DNA of 64,000 bases, from NCBI GenBank assembly GCA_025935195.1, contig JAICVS010000001.1, positions 44,518 through 108,517 on the forward strand, read 5' to 3'. Below, piece by piece: positions 34,669 to 45,047 of the stretch (positions within the stretch are counted from its first letter, which is position 1; each line of letters starts with the position of its first letter). A program made the translations under genes and the position numbers. The notes under the pieces are model-generated. The model was not told the origin of the DNA. It searched no databases and worked only from the letters and a program-made list of their open reading frames with translations. Origin of the DNA: Ktedonobacterales bacterium (GTDB taxonomy: Bacteria > Chloroflexota > Ktedonobacteria > Ktedonobacterales > JADMIN01).

Positions 34669-35439
34669 AGTCTCGTCTGCCCGTAGCAGGATGCTGAATT
34701 CGCCGAACAGGTGCTTGCGCGTGCCGGGGTCCGCCGGGAACTCCACCCAGCGCGAGCGGCCCGCCAGCGCCTCATCCAGCGCCGCCAGCACCCGCCGCGC
34801 CAGCGCCGGCTCGTGCTCCGGCTGCTCGTGGCCGCCGTAGAGCGTGCGCACGCGCGCGTCCGCCGCGATCCGCTCCAGCGAGCGCCGCCATTGATCCAGG
34901 TCCGCATCCGACGTCTGGAACCAGAGCGTGCCCGCGTAGCAGGTGTCCGCGCAGAAGAGCGATTCCGTGGCCGCGTCGAGCAGGCTCACGTGCCCCGGCG
35001 AATGCCCCGGCGTGTGCCAGACGGCCAGCGACCGCCCGCCCAGATCGATCACATCGCCTTCGGCCAGCAACCCCGTCGCTGGCGCCGCGCGGATCGGCCC
35101 CACCTGCTCCACATCGTACGTCTCGCGCAGTCGCTCCGCCTCCGCCGCATGGATGCGCCGATCCGCGAACTGATACGTGCCGCCGACGTGATCCCAATGG
35201 CTGTGCGTGCAGAGGTTGATCAGCGGCTTGTCGGTGAGCCGGCGGCACGCCGCCGCCACATCGCCGATGCCCATCCCCGAATCGATCAGCGCCGCGCGCT
35301 CCGTCCCTTCCACCAGATACAGGTTCACCACCGCTACGTCGTACTCCGGCGCGACGCGCCCAATGGGATCGCGCAGCACCCACACCCCCGGCGCGATTGC
35401 CCGCGTCTCGAACCATTCGTCCGCCATGTCATGCCCCAT
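34666..35439 (-). CDS. MBL-fold metallo-hydrolase
   Basis: HxHxDH motif in LCTHSHWDHVGG, and later HTPGHSPGH. The start MGHDMADEW has GAGGAG 8 nt upstream. Confidence 0.85.
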   Translation of the reverse strand: MGHDMADEWFETRAIAPGVWVLRDPIGRVAPEYDVAVVNLYLVEGTERAALIDSGMGIGDVAAACRRLTDKPLINLCTHSHWDHVGGTYQFADRRIHAAEAERLRETYDVEQVGPIRAAPATGLLAEGDVIDLGGRSLAVWHTPGHSPGHVSLLDAATESLFCADTCYAGTLWFQTSDADLDQWRRSLERIAADARVRTLYGGHEQPEHEPALARRVLAALDEALAGRSRWVEFPADPGTRKHLFGEFSILLRADET

Positions 35440-35460
35440 CTTCATCACTCCTCTCATCTC

Positions 35461-36891
35461 TCATCTTTCATCATCCCTGTCAGCGCCGCACGGGGCGACC
35501 GCCCCCAGTGGCGCTAGCATCCGCTCCGCCGCCTGGCGCAGCCGGCGCGCGTAATCGCGGCCCGCGTCCGCCGGTAAGAAGAGGTGGAGCACCTGGGGAG
35601 AACGCGCCGGCGCGGGCGGCCAGACCAGCGCCTCCGGCCGCCGCTCCGGCGCGAAGGGCGGCAGCGCACGCGCCGCGCCCGACACCAACACCTCTACGAT
35701 CACGTCCCGCGGCGCCAGCCCCACCTCCGCCGCCAGAGCCGCCTCCAGCGCCAGCCGCTCGCGCCAGCGCGCGACCGTCTCCGGGATCGCCCGCGCGCCC
35801 GGCGCGATCTCCGCTTCCCATGCGCAACGGTGCAGCCAGCCATCTCCGGCGCGCACGCGCCGCACCAGCTCCACCGGCCCAGGGTCCAGCGCCAGTTCGA
35901 GCGCGCGCAGCGCGGCGCGATCCGTCAGATCGAAGAAGCCCGGCGGCAACACATTCGTGGCCGCCGCCAGGTCCACCGCCTTGCGCAGCATCGCATGCGC
36001 CGCGAGATTGCGATGTCCCTCATGCAGGAAGCGATAGACCGTCGCCCGGTCCGCCAGCCAGCCGCGCGCATCTCCCCCCGCCTGCTCCACGATGTAGACT
36101 CGCCCGCCGCGCCGCGCATCTTCGGCGCACGCGGACGCATCCCCGGCGCCCAAGACCAGCGCCGGCCGCGCCGCCTGCGCGGGCAGCCCGTTCCCATACA
36201 TCCCGCTCACACTCGCGCCGCGCGGCAGTGGGCGGAGCGCACGCGCCAGCGTTGGCGGATCGTAGCCCGGCGTGCCGAGGCTGGAGGCGCGCAGGAAGCG
36301 CGCCACATTGTCGCAGTTATCGTAATCCAGCCGCCCGTTCAGCAGCGCGCCGCGCCCGTCGCCGCCGCCGCCCATCACCAGCCGCCCCACCTCATCCCAG
36401 TCCAGCCAGCTGAGCAGCCGCTCCGCCCCCGGCGCCAGCCCCGCGCGCACGTCATCCAGCAGCCGGGCCGAGCGTGCCTCGTGATCCGCGCCCAGTCGCT
36501 CGCGCATCAGCGGCTCCGTCAGGTGCGAGAACGGCCCGTGCCCCAGGTCATGCGCCAGCGCCGCGGCTTGCAGCGCCCGGTCGCGCGGCCGCGCCAGGCG
36601 CGCCAGGTGATACACGCCGATAGCGTGATCTAGCCGCGAGGGAAACGGTCGGCCAAAGAGCAGCTCGCCCGGCACATCCGAGAGCGAGACGCCGGCCAGC
36701 CGACGAAACGGCGGCGTCGCCAGCAGCGCCGCCGCCCACGCCGCCACACGGACTGTGCCGTAGAGCGGGTCCGCCAGCGTCAATGGGCGCGGCAATCGTT
36801 CCCCTGTGCCGAACCCACCAGACCCCGCCGCGCGCACCGGATGGGGCATTCGCGCGATCTCAGCCCATTCCCGTGCGCTATCCGCCATCAC
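35461..36891 (-). CDS. HD-domain phosphohydrolase of the SAMHD1-like (dNTP triphosphohydrolase-type) family
   Basis: SRLDHAIGVYHLA...ALAHDLGHGPFSHLTE...GRLDYDNCDNVARF. Confidence 0.8.
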   Translation of the reverse strand: MMADSAREWAEIARMPHPVRAAGSGGFGTGERLPRPLTLADPLYGTVRVAAWAAALLATPPFRRLAGVSLSDVPGELLFGRPFPSRLDHAIGVYHLARLARPRDRALQAAALAHDLGHGPFSHLTEPLMRERLGADHEARSARLLDDVRAGLAPGAERLLSWLDWDEVGRLVMGGGGDGRGALLNGRLDYDNCDNVARFLRASSLGTPGYDPPTLARALRPLPRGASVSGMYGNGLPAQAARPALVLGAGDASACAEDARRGGRVYIVEQAGGDARGWLADRATVYRFLHEGHRNLAAHAMLRKAVDLAAATNVLPPGFFDLTDRAALRALELALDPGPVELVRRVRAGDGWLHRCAWEAEIAPGARAIPETVARWRERLALEAALAAEVGLAPRDVIVEVLVSGAARALPPFAPERRPEALVWPPAPARSPQVLHLFLPADAGRDYARRLRQAAERMLAPLGAVAPCGADRDDER

Positions 36892-37337
36892 GCGGGCGCC
36901 CCCTCGCGCATCGCCGTGCGCGCGCCCGCGCCCGTTAGCACCGGCTCGGCCGGCGGCAGCGTCCGTGCCTCGTCCAGCGGACGTGTCTCGCGCGGATCAT
37001 GCCGCCTCGTCCCATCCCGCCGCTCTTTTTGCCCATGCCCAGGCCCGCGCCCGCGCCGCGCCACGCCGAAGACACCGCTCATGCCGAACGCGAGCGCCGG
37101 CAGTGCTGGCAGCCACAGCAGCGCCGCCAGCGCCAGCACCCAGCCCCACTCGCGCCCCCGCACCACCGCGCGATACATGGCCGTCACGAACGCGACGACC
37201 CAGGCCAGCGCGGCCACGACGGCGAACGCCGCCACCAGCCCCGCCTCAGCCACCGCCCCGCGCGATCCCGGCCGCACGACCAGCGCCAGCAGCCCCAGAT
37301 CACCCAGCCCGAACACGAACGCCAGCATCTTGCCCAT
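36888..37337 (-). CDS. Small hypothetical membrane protein
   Basis: Three hydrophobic segments (MLAFVFGLGDLGLLALVV, LVAAFAVVAALAWVVAFV, WVLALAALLWLPALPALAF). Its stop overlaps the HD gene start by 4 nt. An alternative start is at 37358. Confidence 0.5.
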   Translation of the reverse strand: MGKMLAFVFGLGDLGLLALVVRPGSRGAVAEAGLVAAFAVVAALAWVVAFVTAMYRAVVRGREWGWVLALAALLWLPALPALAFGMSGVFGVARRGRGPGHGQKERRDGTRRHDPRETRPLDEARTLPPAEPVLTGAGARTAMREGAPA

Positions 37338-37606
37338 AATCAGGCGCCTTCTCTCCATCGCCCGGTCGCGCCTCCCACGGGGGAAGCATCCCGATCCGGG
37401 CCTCGCCGCATCTCCGGCGGCTCGCCGCCGCAGTCTATCAGATAGACCCACCAGGCCGCAAATCGTTGCCGCGCCTCCCCTTGTCGCGGCCCTCCGCTTG
37501 TCTATTCTTCCCGGTGGCCTCCGTTGCGGCAGCCTCACTGATATTCCGCGGCACGCGCCTTGCCCATGCCACGCTGGCAGACATCACCCACCGCGAGGAT
37601 CATCGC

Positions 37607-38413
37607 ATGGACGACATCCGCGTCGCGAGTTGGGCTGAGCTCAACGACTGCCTCTATGAAGGTTCCTGGAACCCGCACCTCGCCCGCCACCGCTCGCCCT
37701 GCGCCTTTCGCGGCGTCGGCGACGCCTCCTTCGATCTCACCACCAGCCTCATGCGCCTCGGCGGCGATTACGCCTCCCTCGAAACGCACATCTTGCGCGC
37801 TTTCCGCACCTACGCTCAGGTCGGCGCCCTCCTGCACGGCATGACCTCGGAATGGCACTGGCTCGCCCTCGCCCAGCATCACAGCCTGCCCACCCGTCTG
37901 CTCGACTGGACCTACTCTCCTTTCGTCGCCCTCCACTTCGCCACCGAGCGCCTCGGCCTGTACCACTGCGACGCCGCCGTCTGGTGCGTAGACCTCCACC
38001 ACATCCAGCGCTATCTGCCCGGCCCACTCAAGTCGCTTCTGGACGAGAACGACGCTGACGCCTTCTCTGTCGAGATGCTCGCCACCGCCGCCCCTACCCT
38101 CACAGATTTCGATGCTCTCGCACCTCATCCCTTCGTCGCCTTCCTCGAGCCACCCTCCATAGACGAGCGCATCGTCAACCAGTACGCCCTCTTCTCCCTG
38201 CTCTCCGATCCCCGTGCGCGCATGGATGCCTGGCTTGACGCTCACCCAGACGCCGTGCGCCGCATCCGCATCCCCGCCGCGCTCGAGTGGGAGATTCGCG
38301 ACAAGCTCGACAACGCCAACATCACCGAGCGCGTCCTCTACCCCGGCCTCGACGGCCTCAGCCGCTGGCTCTCCCGCTACTACCTGCCGCGCGCCACGCA
38401 CGCGGGAGCATGA
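37607..38413 (+). CDS. FRG domain-containing protein
   Basis: CAFRGVGD...WHWLALAQHHSLPTRLLDWTYSPFVALHFA matches the FRG-domain signature from memory. The start is at MDDIRV. Confidence 0.7.
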   Translation: MDDIRVASWAELNDCLYEGSWNPHLARHRSPCAFRGVGDASFDLTTSLMRLGGDYASLETHILRAFRTYAQVGALLHGMTSEWHWLALAQHHSLPTRLLDWTYSPFVALHFATERLGLYHCDAAVWCVDLHHIQRYLPGPLKSLLDENDADAFSVEMLATAAPTLTDFDALAPHPFVAFLEPPSIDERIVNQYALFSLLSDPRARMDAWLDAHPDAVRRIRIPAALEWEIRDKLDNANITERVLYPGLDGLSRWLSRYYLPRATHAGA

Positions 38414-38572
38414 CCCGCCTCTCCCTACTTTATCCCTCCTCCCGCCCGTATCCCCTCGGTCGGCGGTAGCGGCCGGCGGTGATATAATCCGGTAGTTACG
38501 CCAGCTATCACTAGCTATAGCCACAGGGGGCGCCGGCAACGGAGCCAGCGCGCCCGCGCCCAAGGAGCCGTT

Positions 38573-39715
38573 ATGGACTTCACGCTCAGCGCCGAGCAGC
38601 AGATGATCCGCGACATGTGCCGCGAGTTCGCCGAGGCCGAGATCAAGCCGCGCGCCGAGGAGATGGATCGCGGCGCCGCCTTCCCCTACGACCTCATCCA
38701 CAAGATGGCCGACCTGGGCCTGCTCGGTCTGCCCTTCCCCGAAGAGTTCGGCGGGGCCGGCGCCGATTTTCTCTCGTATTGCATCGCCCTCGAAGAGATC
38801 GGCCGTGGTGACGCCTCCGTAGGCATCACGATGGAAGCCCATACCTCGCTCGGCGCCACCCCCTTCTTTCTCTATGGCACCGAGGAGCAGAAGCACGAGT
38901 ATCTCGTGCCGCTGGCGCGTGGCGAGCAGCTCTGGGCCTTCGGCCTCACCGAGCCGGGCGCCGGCTCCGACTCCGGCGGCACGCAAACCCATGCCGAGCT
39001 GCGCGGCGGCGCGTGGCACATCAACGGCGCGAAGAACTTCATCACCAACGCCGGCACCGAGATGACCGGCGGCGTCACCATCACCGCCGTCACCGGCATG
39101 CAGGCCGACGGCCACAAAGAGATCACCAACCTGATCGTGCCGAAAGGCACGCCGGGCTACATCATCGGCAATGCCTACCATAAGATGGGCTGGCGGGCGT
39201 CCGACACGCGCCCGCTCTCGTTCGAGGACTGCCGCGTGCCGGAAGGCAACGTGCTGGGCCGGCGCGGCGACGGTTTCCGCCAGTTCATGCACATTCTCGA
39301 CCTGGGCCGCGTCGCCATCGGCGCACTGAGCGTCGGCCTGGCACAGGCCGCCTTCGACGAGGCGCGCACGTACGCCGGCGAGCGCCAGCAGTTCGGCAAG
39401 CCCATCGCCACGTTCCAGGCCATCCAGTTCAAGCTGGCCGATATGGCTATGGAGATTGAACTCGCCCGTCTGATGTATTACAAAGCGGCATGGCTACACA
39501 TGCAAGGCCAACCGTTCACCAAAGAAGCCTCGATGGCGAAGCTCTTCGCCTCCGAGACGGCGAAGCGCGCGGCGGACCAGGCGGTGCAGATCCACGGCGG
39601 CTATGGCTTTATGGACGAATATCCCGTCTCGCGCTTCTGGCGCAACGTCAAGGTGCATGAGATCGGCGAGGGCACCAGCGAGGTGCAGCGCGCGATCATC
39701 GCCAAGCATTTGTAG
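38573..39715 (+). CDS. Acyl-CoA dehydrogenase
   Basis: LTEPGAGSD...WHINGAKNFITN...QIHGGYGFMDEYPVSRFWRNVKVHEIGEGTSEVQR. Confidence 0.95.
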   Translation: MDFTLSAEQQMIRDMCREFAEAEIKPRAEEMDRGAAFPYDLIHKMADLGLLGLPFPEEFGGAGADFLSYCIALEEIGRGDASVGITMEAHTSLGATPFFLYGTEEQKHEYLVPLARGEQLWAFGLTEPGAGSDSGGTQTHAELRGGAWHINGAKNFITNAGTEMTGGVTITAVTGMQADGHKEITNLIVPKGTPGYIIGNAYHKMGWRASDTRPLSFEDCRVPEGNVLGRRGDGFRQFMHILDLGRVAIGALSVGLAQAAFDEARTYAGERQQFGKPIATFQAIQFKLADMAMEIELARLMYYKAAWLHMQGQPFTKEASMAKLFASETAKRAADQAVQIHGGYGFMDEYPVSRFWRNVKVHEIGEGTSEVQRAIIAKHL

Positions 39716-39794
39716 CGCTGTAGCGTGTGACGCGCGACACGCTAAGTGGCGCGGCACGGAGAACGGGATCGTCGCGGTGAAGGGAGCGGGCGGC

Positions 39795-41027
39795 ATGCGG
39801 GCGATTCTTCGCGTCGGACTGGGCGTGGGCGCGGCCGGCTTCCTCGCGCTCTTCGCGTTGGCGCTGGCCGCCGCGCTGGTCGTGCTGCCCGGCCTGCTCA
39901 TCGCCGGGGTGATCGCCGGGCTGGCGATGGCGAAGTGGCTGCCGTGGGCGTGGTACGGCCGCCAGCCGGCCGCGGGCCTGCGCGCCGGGACCATCGCCGC
40001 CGCGCTCGCCGCCTCTGGCGCGCTGATCGCGCTGCTCGGCTTCACCCCGCATGACACCGCCGCGCTCGCCGCGCGCTCGCACCTGCTCGGCCTCGATCTC
40101 AGCGCCGCGCTCGCGCCGTTCGCCGTCCTCGGCTGGCTGGGGCTGGATGCGCTGGGTGTGCTGCTCTGCGGCCTCGCCGCCGTCTGTCTCGCCGTCGCCG
40201 CCACGCAGCTTTTTGCCTGGAGCAAGAGCGCCCGCGCCGTGCGGATCGTGAACCAGGCGCGCGCGCTGGCGCAGGCGCTGCAACGTGGCGAGACCTGGGA
40301 GCCGGTGACCAGCAGCCTGCCGGCGCTGGTGGAGCGCGGCACGCTCTCCGGCATGCTGGGCGAGGTGGGCGCCGCGCTGCTGCCCCCGGCCTACCGCACC
40401 GGCGCACCCGTGCATACCGCGTACAGCGCCGGCGATCTGCCCGCCGCCTTCGCCTCGTTCGCTCCGTCCGCGCCCGCGCTCAGCACCGGCCCTCAGACCC
40501 CGCCGCGCGGCACCAGCGGCATCTGGCCGCCGCCGAACGTGACGCCCGCCTTCGGCGTCAGCCTCACACCGCGCGGTGGCATCCCCATCCCACCTGCCGC
40601 GTCGCCCGTCCCGAAGCCCGCGCCCGCCATGCATACGCGCATCCCTCGGCCCGACCCTGACCCCGACCATGTCGCGTTCCAGCCCACCGCGCCAATGCCG
40701 CCCGCCGCCGAGCCACAGCCGCAACCCGCGCCCGCCGTGCGCGTCGTACGCAAGCGATCATCGAAGCGCCCCGCCGACAAGGAGCTGACCGAGGCGATGC
40801 GTGGTGCGTTGGCCGCCTGGGCGAAGCAGAACGACGGCGCCGAGGACGAGGAAAGCGCGCACGCCGATCTGGATGAGCGGGACGGCATGGACGAGCGGAC
40901 ACCGGAGCCGGCCAAGGCCCCCGCGAAGCGTGCGCCGGTCTCCTCCGCCTACCTCAACAGCGACGCGCCGGCGCCGGCGCCCAAGCGCAACCGCAAGAAG
41001 CAGAACACGCGCGACTGGCTGTGCTAA
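39795..41027 (+). CDS. Hypothetical membrane protein with a Pro-rich cytoplasmic tail
   Basis: The start at MRAILRVGLGV has GAAGGGAG upstream. Several TM segments are followed by a Pro/Ala-rich region. Confidence 0.5.
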   Translation: MRAILRVGLGVGAAGFLALFALALAAALVVLPGLLIAGVIAGLAMAKWLPWAWYGRQPAAGLRAGTIAAALAASGALIALLGFTPHDTAALAARSHLLGLDLSAALAPFAVLGWLGLDALGVLLCGLAAVCLAVAATQLFAWSKSARAVRIVNQARALAQALQRGETWEPVTSSLPALVERGTLSGMLGEVGAALLPPAYRTGAPVHTAYSAGDLPAAFASFAPSAPALSTGPQTPPRGTSGIWPPPNVTPAFGVSLTPRGGIPIPPAASPVPKPAPAMHTRIPRPDPDPDHVAFQPTAPMPPAAEPQPQPAPAVRVVRKRSSKRPADKELTEAMRGALAAWAKQNDGAEDEESAHADLDERDGMDERTPEPAKAPAKRAPVSSAYLNSDAPAPAPKRNRKKQNTRDWLC

Positions 41028-41169
41028 AGAGAGTCCTCACCCCTGGCCCAAGGACATGTGAAGTGTCGTGAGTCGTGAGCGGGGCGACGGGCCGGCGAAT
41101 GCATGCGCGCCTGAATGGCTCGCGGCCGCGACGTCCGCCGGCGCGGACTGAGGAGAGAGCCTGCGCGGA

Positions 41170-43806
41170 TCACATGCCCTTTCCCTCGGTCGCGTCCGCT
41201 GGCGAGATGAGGGGGAGCGGCGCCGCTGTGCTGGCTGCCGTCGCTCCGTTTGCCCCCATGCCTGCCGTGCCGCCGACGGAGCGCTCATAGGCTAGCAGCA
41301 CGTCGCTGCGGCGCAGCAGCCCCAGTGGTGGCGCAGGCAGCGGGCGCTCCACCACCGGCAATTGGCGCAGCCCCGCGTGGCCCATGCGTTGCGCCGCTGT
41401 GCGGAGTGACTCGTCCGGCCGCGCCGTCACCACGTTGCGCACCGCCACCTCGCCCACCGTCGGCTCGCGTCCGCTGCCTGACCCATGCGCTCCATTCTGC
41501 CGGCCCGATTGATCCGGCCGCTCGCGCAGGTCCGCGCGCGTCACAATACCCACCAGCCGGCCCGCACCATCCACCACCATCAGCGCCGCGCCGCGCTCAT
41601 CCAGCAGCGCCCGCGCCCGTGAGACCGGATCGCCCTCACGCAGCAGTCGCGGCGTCGCCAGCATCGCGTCGCGTACACGCAGCCGCGCCAGCGGATCGGC
41701 ATCCGCGCCGGCACCCGCATCCCCCCGCGCATGCGCGCCGTTCCCATTCGGCGCCACGCCTTCCACGTCATCCTCAGCCGCCTCGCCGTCCTCCCCGATG
41801 TGGCCTGAGAGGGCGCTGTATCCAGCAGCCGCCGATCCAGCAGTCGCGCCGCCCAGCGCCAGACCTGGCCGCAGCACCCGCGCGACGCCCTCCATCGTGA
41901 TCATCCCCAACAGCTTACCCGTATCGCCGCGCTCCACGACCGCGAGCTGGCGCAGGCCACGCCGCGACATGCGCAGCCAGGCCGTGTAGAGCGATTCATC
42001 GGGATACGCGCGGATGACGGCGCGCGACATCACCTGCCGCGCCTGGGTGGCGGCAGCCTCCTCTGGCGGCACACGCGCCAGGTCTGACGCTGTCACCAAC
42101 CCGATCAGCCGCCCATCCGCGATGATCGGCACACTGATGACGCGCCGCTCGCGGATGAGCGCCGAGATCGCGTCGAGCGTCACATCCGGCCTCGCCGTCA
42201 CGACCGAGCCGTCGCGCGCCGGCACCATCGCGTCGCGCACCGGCACGTTCTGCAGCAGTGGCAGCGCATAATCGTGCTTGTGCGCCGGCGAGTCCAGCCG
42301 TGTCGGCACCTGGCTCTCGTAGATGCTCGTCTCGCCCGTCACCAGATACGCAACCATCGTCGCCAGCATCGCCGGCGCGATCAGCGAGAATTCGCCGGTC
42401 ATCTCGGCGACCATCAGGATGATTGCCAGCGGCGCCTTGGCGATGCCGCCAAAGAACGCGCCCATCCCCACCACGACGAACGCGCCCGCGTTCGCCCCCG
42501 CCACCAGCCCTGGCGCGAGGGCGTGCAGCCCCGCCCAGAGCGCGCCGCCCAGGAAGCCGCCGATCACCATCCCTGGCCCGAAAACGCCGCCGCTGCCGCC
42601 GCTGCCAATCGTCAGTGAGGTGGCGAGAATCTTGATCAGCACGAGCGCCGCCATCAGCCAGGCCGCGATGTGGGTATAGTCGCTGTTGATGCCAAACTGC
42701 ACGTAGCCGTAGCCCATGCCCAGCGCCTGCGGCACCCAGATGCCGATCAGGCCGACCAGCAGCCCGCCGATGGCCGGCTTGACGTAGCTCGGCAGTCTCA
42801 CGCGGTGAAAGAGATCGCGCAGGCCGTAGAGCGTCTTTGGGTAGAGCAGCCCGACGCCGCCCGCGACCAGGCCCAGGATGAGGTAGCCGCCCAGGCTGAG
42901 CGGATTGGTGAACTGGAACCGCGCCCCCGCGCCGAAGATCGGCGTCCAGCCGGCCCAGGCGCCGTAGATCGTGAAACCGATCACCGACGCGATGAATGAG
43001 GGAAACAGCGCATCCGCCTCGAAGTCGCGCTTGTAGAGAATCTCGGCCGAGAGCAGCGCCCCGCCGAACGGCGCCTTGAAGATCGCGCCGATGCCGGCGC
43101 CGATGCCCGCCGCCTCGGCGATGCGCCGGTCGTGGTCGTCCAGCCGCAGCACACCGCCTAGCCACGAGCCGAAACCCGCCGAGATCTGCGCCGTTGGCCC
43201 CTCGCGTCCCGCACTGCCGCCCGATCCAATCGTGATCGCCGAGGCTACTAGCTTGACCAGCGGGATGCGTGTGCGGATGCGCCCGCCCTTCTCATGGAAC
43301 GCCTGGATGGCCGAGTCCGTGCCGTGTCCCTCCGCCTCCGGCGCGAAGGTGAACACGATCAGCCCAGTGAGCAACCCGCCGAGCGTAGTGACCAGCGGGA
43401 TGAGCCAGCGTCGCGCCGGCGCCGCCAGGTTGAGCGGATTGAGCGCCGTGGCCTCGCCCGCCGGCTGCGGTGGGAAGAAGCCGGCGATCCGCCCCAGCAG
43501 CAGGTTCGTGCAGAACGCGATGGCCGCCGCGAACAGGATCGCGCCGACTCCAGCGACGACGCCGATCAGCGCGCCGATCACCAGCCAGCGGCGGAAGTAG
43601 GCGCGATTGTAGCGTTGGAACGCCGCCAGCGGCCCGCCCTGCTCGTCCGCACGGCCGCCCGCTGACCCGCCGCCCCTGCCGCCGAACGGCCCCCCGGCGC
43701 TCCGTTCGCCGACCAGACGCCTCAGCGCGCGGCGCGCCGTATCCAGCGGACCGGCGCCAGCGGTCTCCACTTCTTCCTCACGCTCCCCAATCGCGGCGAC
43801 ACGCAT
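41170..43806 (-). CDS. ClC-type chloride channel/antiporter with C-terminal CBS domain pairs
   Basis: GSGGSAGREGP, GSGGSGGVFGP and GIAKAPL, followed by repeated CBS-like segments (VRDAM...VVD..GRLVGIVT). RBS GGGAGG. Confidence 0.9.
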   Translation of the reverse strand: MRVAAIGEREEEVETAGAGPLDTARRALRRLVGERSAGGPFGGRGGGSAGGRADEQGGPLAAFQRYNRAYFRRWLVIGALIGVVAGVGAILFAAAIAFCTNLLLGRIAGFFPPQPAGEATALNPLNLAAPARRWLIPLVTTLGGLLTGLIVFTFAPEAEGHGTDSAIQAFHEKGGRIRTRIPLVKLVASAITIGSGGSAGREGPTAQISAGFGSWLGGVLRLDDHDRRIAEAAGIGAGIGAIFKAPFGGALLSAEILYKRDFEADALFPSFIASVIGFTIYGAWAGWTPIFGAGARFQFTNPLSLGGYLILGLVAGGVGLLYPKTLYGLRDLFHRVRLPSYVKPAIGGLLVGLIGIWVPQALGMGYGYVQFGINSDYTHIAAWLMAALVLIKILATSLTIGSGGSGGVFGPGMVIGGFLGGALWAGLHALAPGLVAGANAGAFVVVGMGAFFGGIAKAPLAIILMVAEMTGEFSLIAPAMLATMVAYLVTGETSIYESQVPTRLDSPAHKHDYALPLLQNVPVRDAMVPARDGSVVTARPDVTLDAISALIRERRVISVPIIADGRLIGLVTASDLARVPPEEAAATQARQVMSRAVIRAYPDESLYTAWLRMSRRGLRQLAVVERGDTGKLLGMITMEGVARVLRPGLALGGATAGSAAAGYSALSGHIGEDGEAAEDDVEGVAPNGNGAHARGDAGAGADADPLARLRVRDAMLATPRLLREGDPVSRARALLDERGAALMVVDGAGRLVGIVTRADLRERPDQSGRQNGAHGSGSGREPTVGEVAVRNVVTARPDESLRTAAQRMGHAGLRQLPVVERPLPAPPLGLLRRSDVLLAYERSVGGTAGMGANGATAASTAAPLPLISPADATEGKGM

Positions 43807-44252
43807 GCAACCTCCCGGACGGAACCGTCACGACCGCGCCTCACAAGCGGCCGTACGCGCAAATGCCTATCTAGCTCAGTATATCGCATCGTGAGCGTCC
43901 AGGCGCGGATCGCGTGCCGGCCTCGCGGAGAGACGCGGATATACATGGTCTGGTCGCTTGAAGTCCGCGGTCGCGCACCTGTACGTGGGGACAGACGTCG
44001 CCTGGCTTCCCCATCTGCCACTTGACAGAGCCCACCCCACGCGGGCTATGGTGGTAGCAGGCTGGCGCGCAGTGCGACGCGGCTGGTGGCGCGGCTCCGG
44101 CAATCCCTGGCGATCCGCGGCGCATCCACTCTGGCCCGCGTTATGCTGCCCCGGCATTGGGCCGCCCGGACGGCGACCCCTCGTAGGCAAGCGCGAGCGT
44201 GGACATGGCTCCGGCGCTCGCGCGTCACGCATGGTATGGAGGAACAGATCCC

Positions 44253-44867
44253 ATGGCATTCGAGCTTCCGCCGCTCCCGTACGACTACAAAGCGCTCGAA
44301 CCGACTATTGACGAAGAGACGATGCACCTGCATCACGACAAGCACCACCAGGCGTACGTCACCAACCTCAACAACGCCGTCCAGGGCACCCAGTTCGCGA
44401 ACATGGCCGTCGAGGATCTGATCCGCAACCTCAGCTCCGTGCCGGAGAACATCCGCACGGCGGTGCGCAACAACGGCGGCGGCCACGCCAACCACAGCAT
44501 GTACTGGAAGATCATGGCACCCAACGGCGGCGGCCAGCCCAGCGGCCCCCTCGCCGACGCGATCAACCAGGCGTTCGGCTCCTTCGACCAGTTCAAGACG
44601 CAGTTCAACGACGCCGGCGCGAAACGCTTCGGCTCCGGCTGGGCCTGGCTCGTCGCCGGGCAGAACGGCCAGCTCCAGGTCATCTCCACCGCCAACCAGG
44701 ATAGCCCGCTGATGGACGGCCTGTTCCCGATCATGGGCAACGACGTGTGGGAGCACGCCTACTACCTCAAGTACCAGAACCGCCGTCCCGACTACCTGAA
44801 CGCCTGGTGGAACGTGGTCAACTGGGATGAGGTCGCCCGCCGCTTCCAGCAGGCGCGCGGCGGCTGA
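44253..44867 (+). CDS. sodA: Superoxide dismutase (Mn type)
   Basis: [32 protein letters not shown]...NQDSP...[27 protein letters not shown]. Confidence 0.95.
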   Translation: MAFELPPLPYDYKALEPTIDEETMHLHHDKHHQAYVTNLNNAVQGTQFANMAVEDLIRNLSSVPENIRTAVRNNGGGHANHSMYWKIMAPNGGGQPSGPLADAINQAFGSFDQFKTQFNDAGAKRFGSGWAWLVAGQNGQLQVISTANQDSPLMDGLFPIMGNDVWEHAYYLKYQNRRPDYLNAWWNVVNWDEVARRFQQARGG

Positions 44868-44927
44868 GACATCCTATAGACACCAGAGCATGCTGAGGAC
44901 TGTGCGAGAGAGGGACGTATTGCCGAC

Positions 44928-44972
44928 CTTCCCTCACTCCTCTGTGAACCTCCCTGTCCTCTGTGGTGAATC
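44928..44972 (-). repeat. Repeat family D, copy 6 (short)
   Basis: The minus strand reads GATTCACCACAGAGGACAGGGAGGTTCACAGAGGAGTGAGGGAAGG. Confidence 0.65.
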
Positions 44973-45047
44973 TCCTGTCGCCCTCCCGCCCCGCCGCATC
45001 GCGGGAACGGAGGGCGATGCTTGCTTGCGTGTGAAAGGCGGCCCGTG

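Noticed and set aside
33326-34840. A 504-aa plus-strand ORF antisense to tnpB, and the 62-aa N-terminal extension of the tnpB ORF (34484..34669)
   Set aside because: The antisense ORF has no motifs. The tnpB extension is translated through family D repeat 5 and the left-end module. TnpB proteins typically begin near the FTYRLYPN motif.
35397-36413. A 338-aa Pro/Ala/Arg-rich plus-strand ORF
   Set aside because: It lies entirely antisense to the HD-domain gene, and its composition is that of an out-of-frame GC-rich translation.
44022-44052. TTGACA...TATGGT about 200 nt upstream of sodA, considered as a promoter
   Set aside because: The spacer is 19 nt and the -10 match is weak. I cannot distinguish this from chance.
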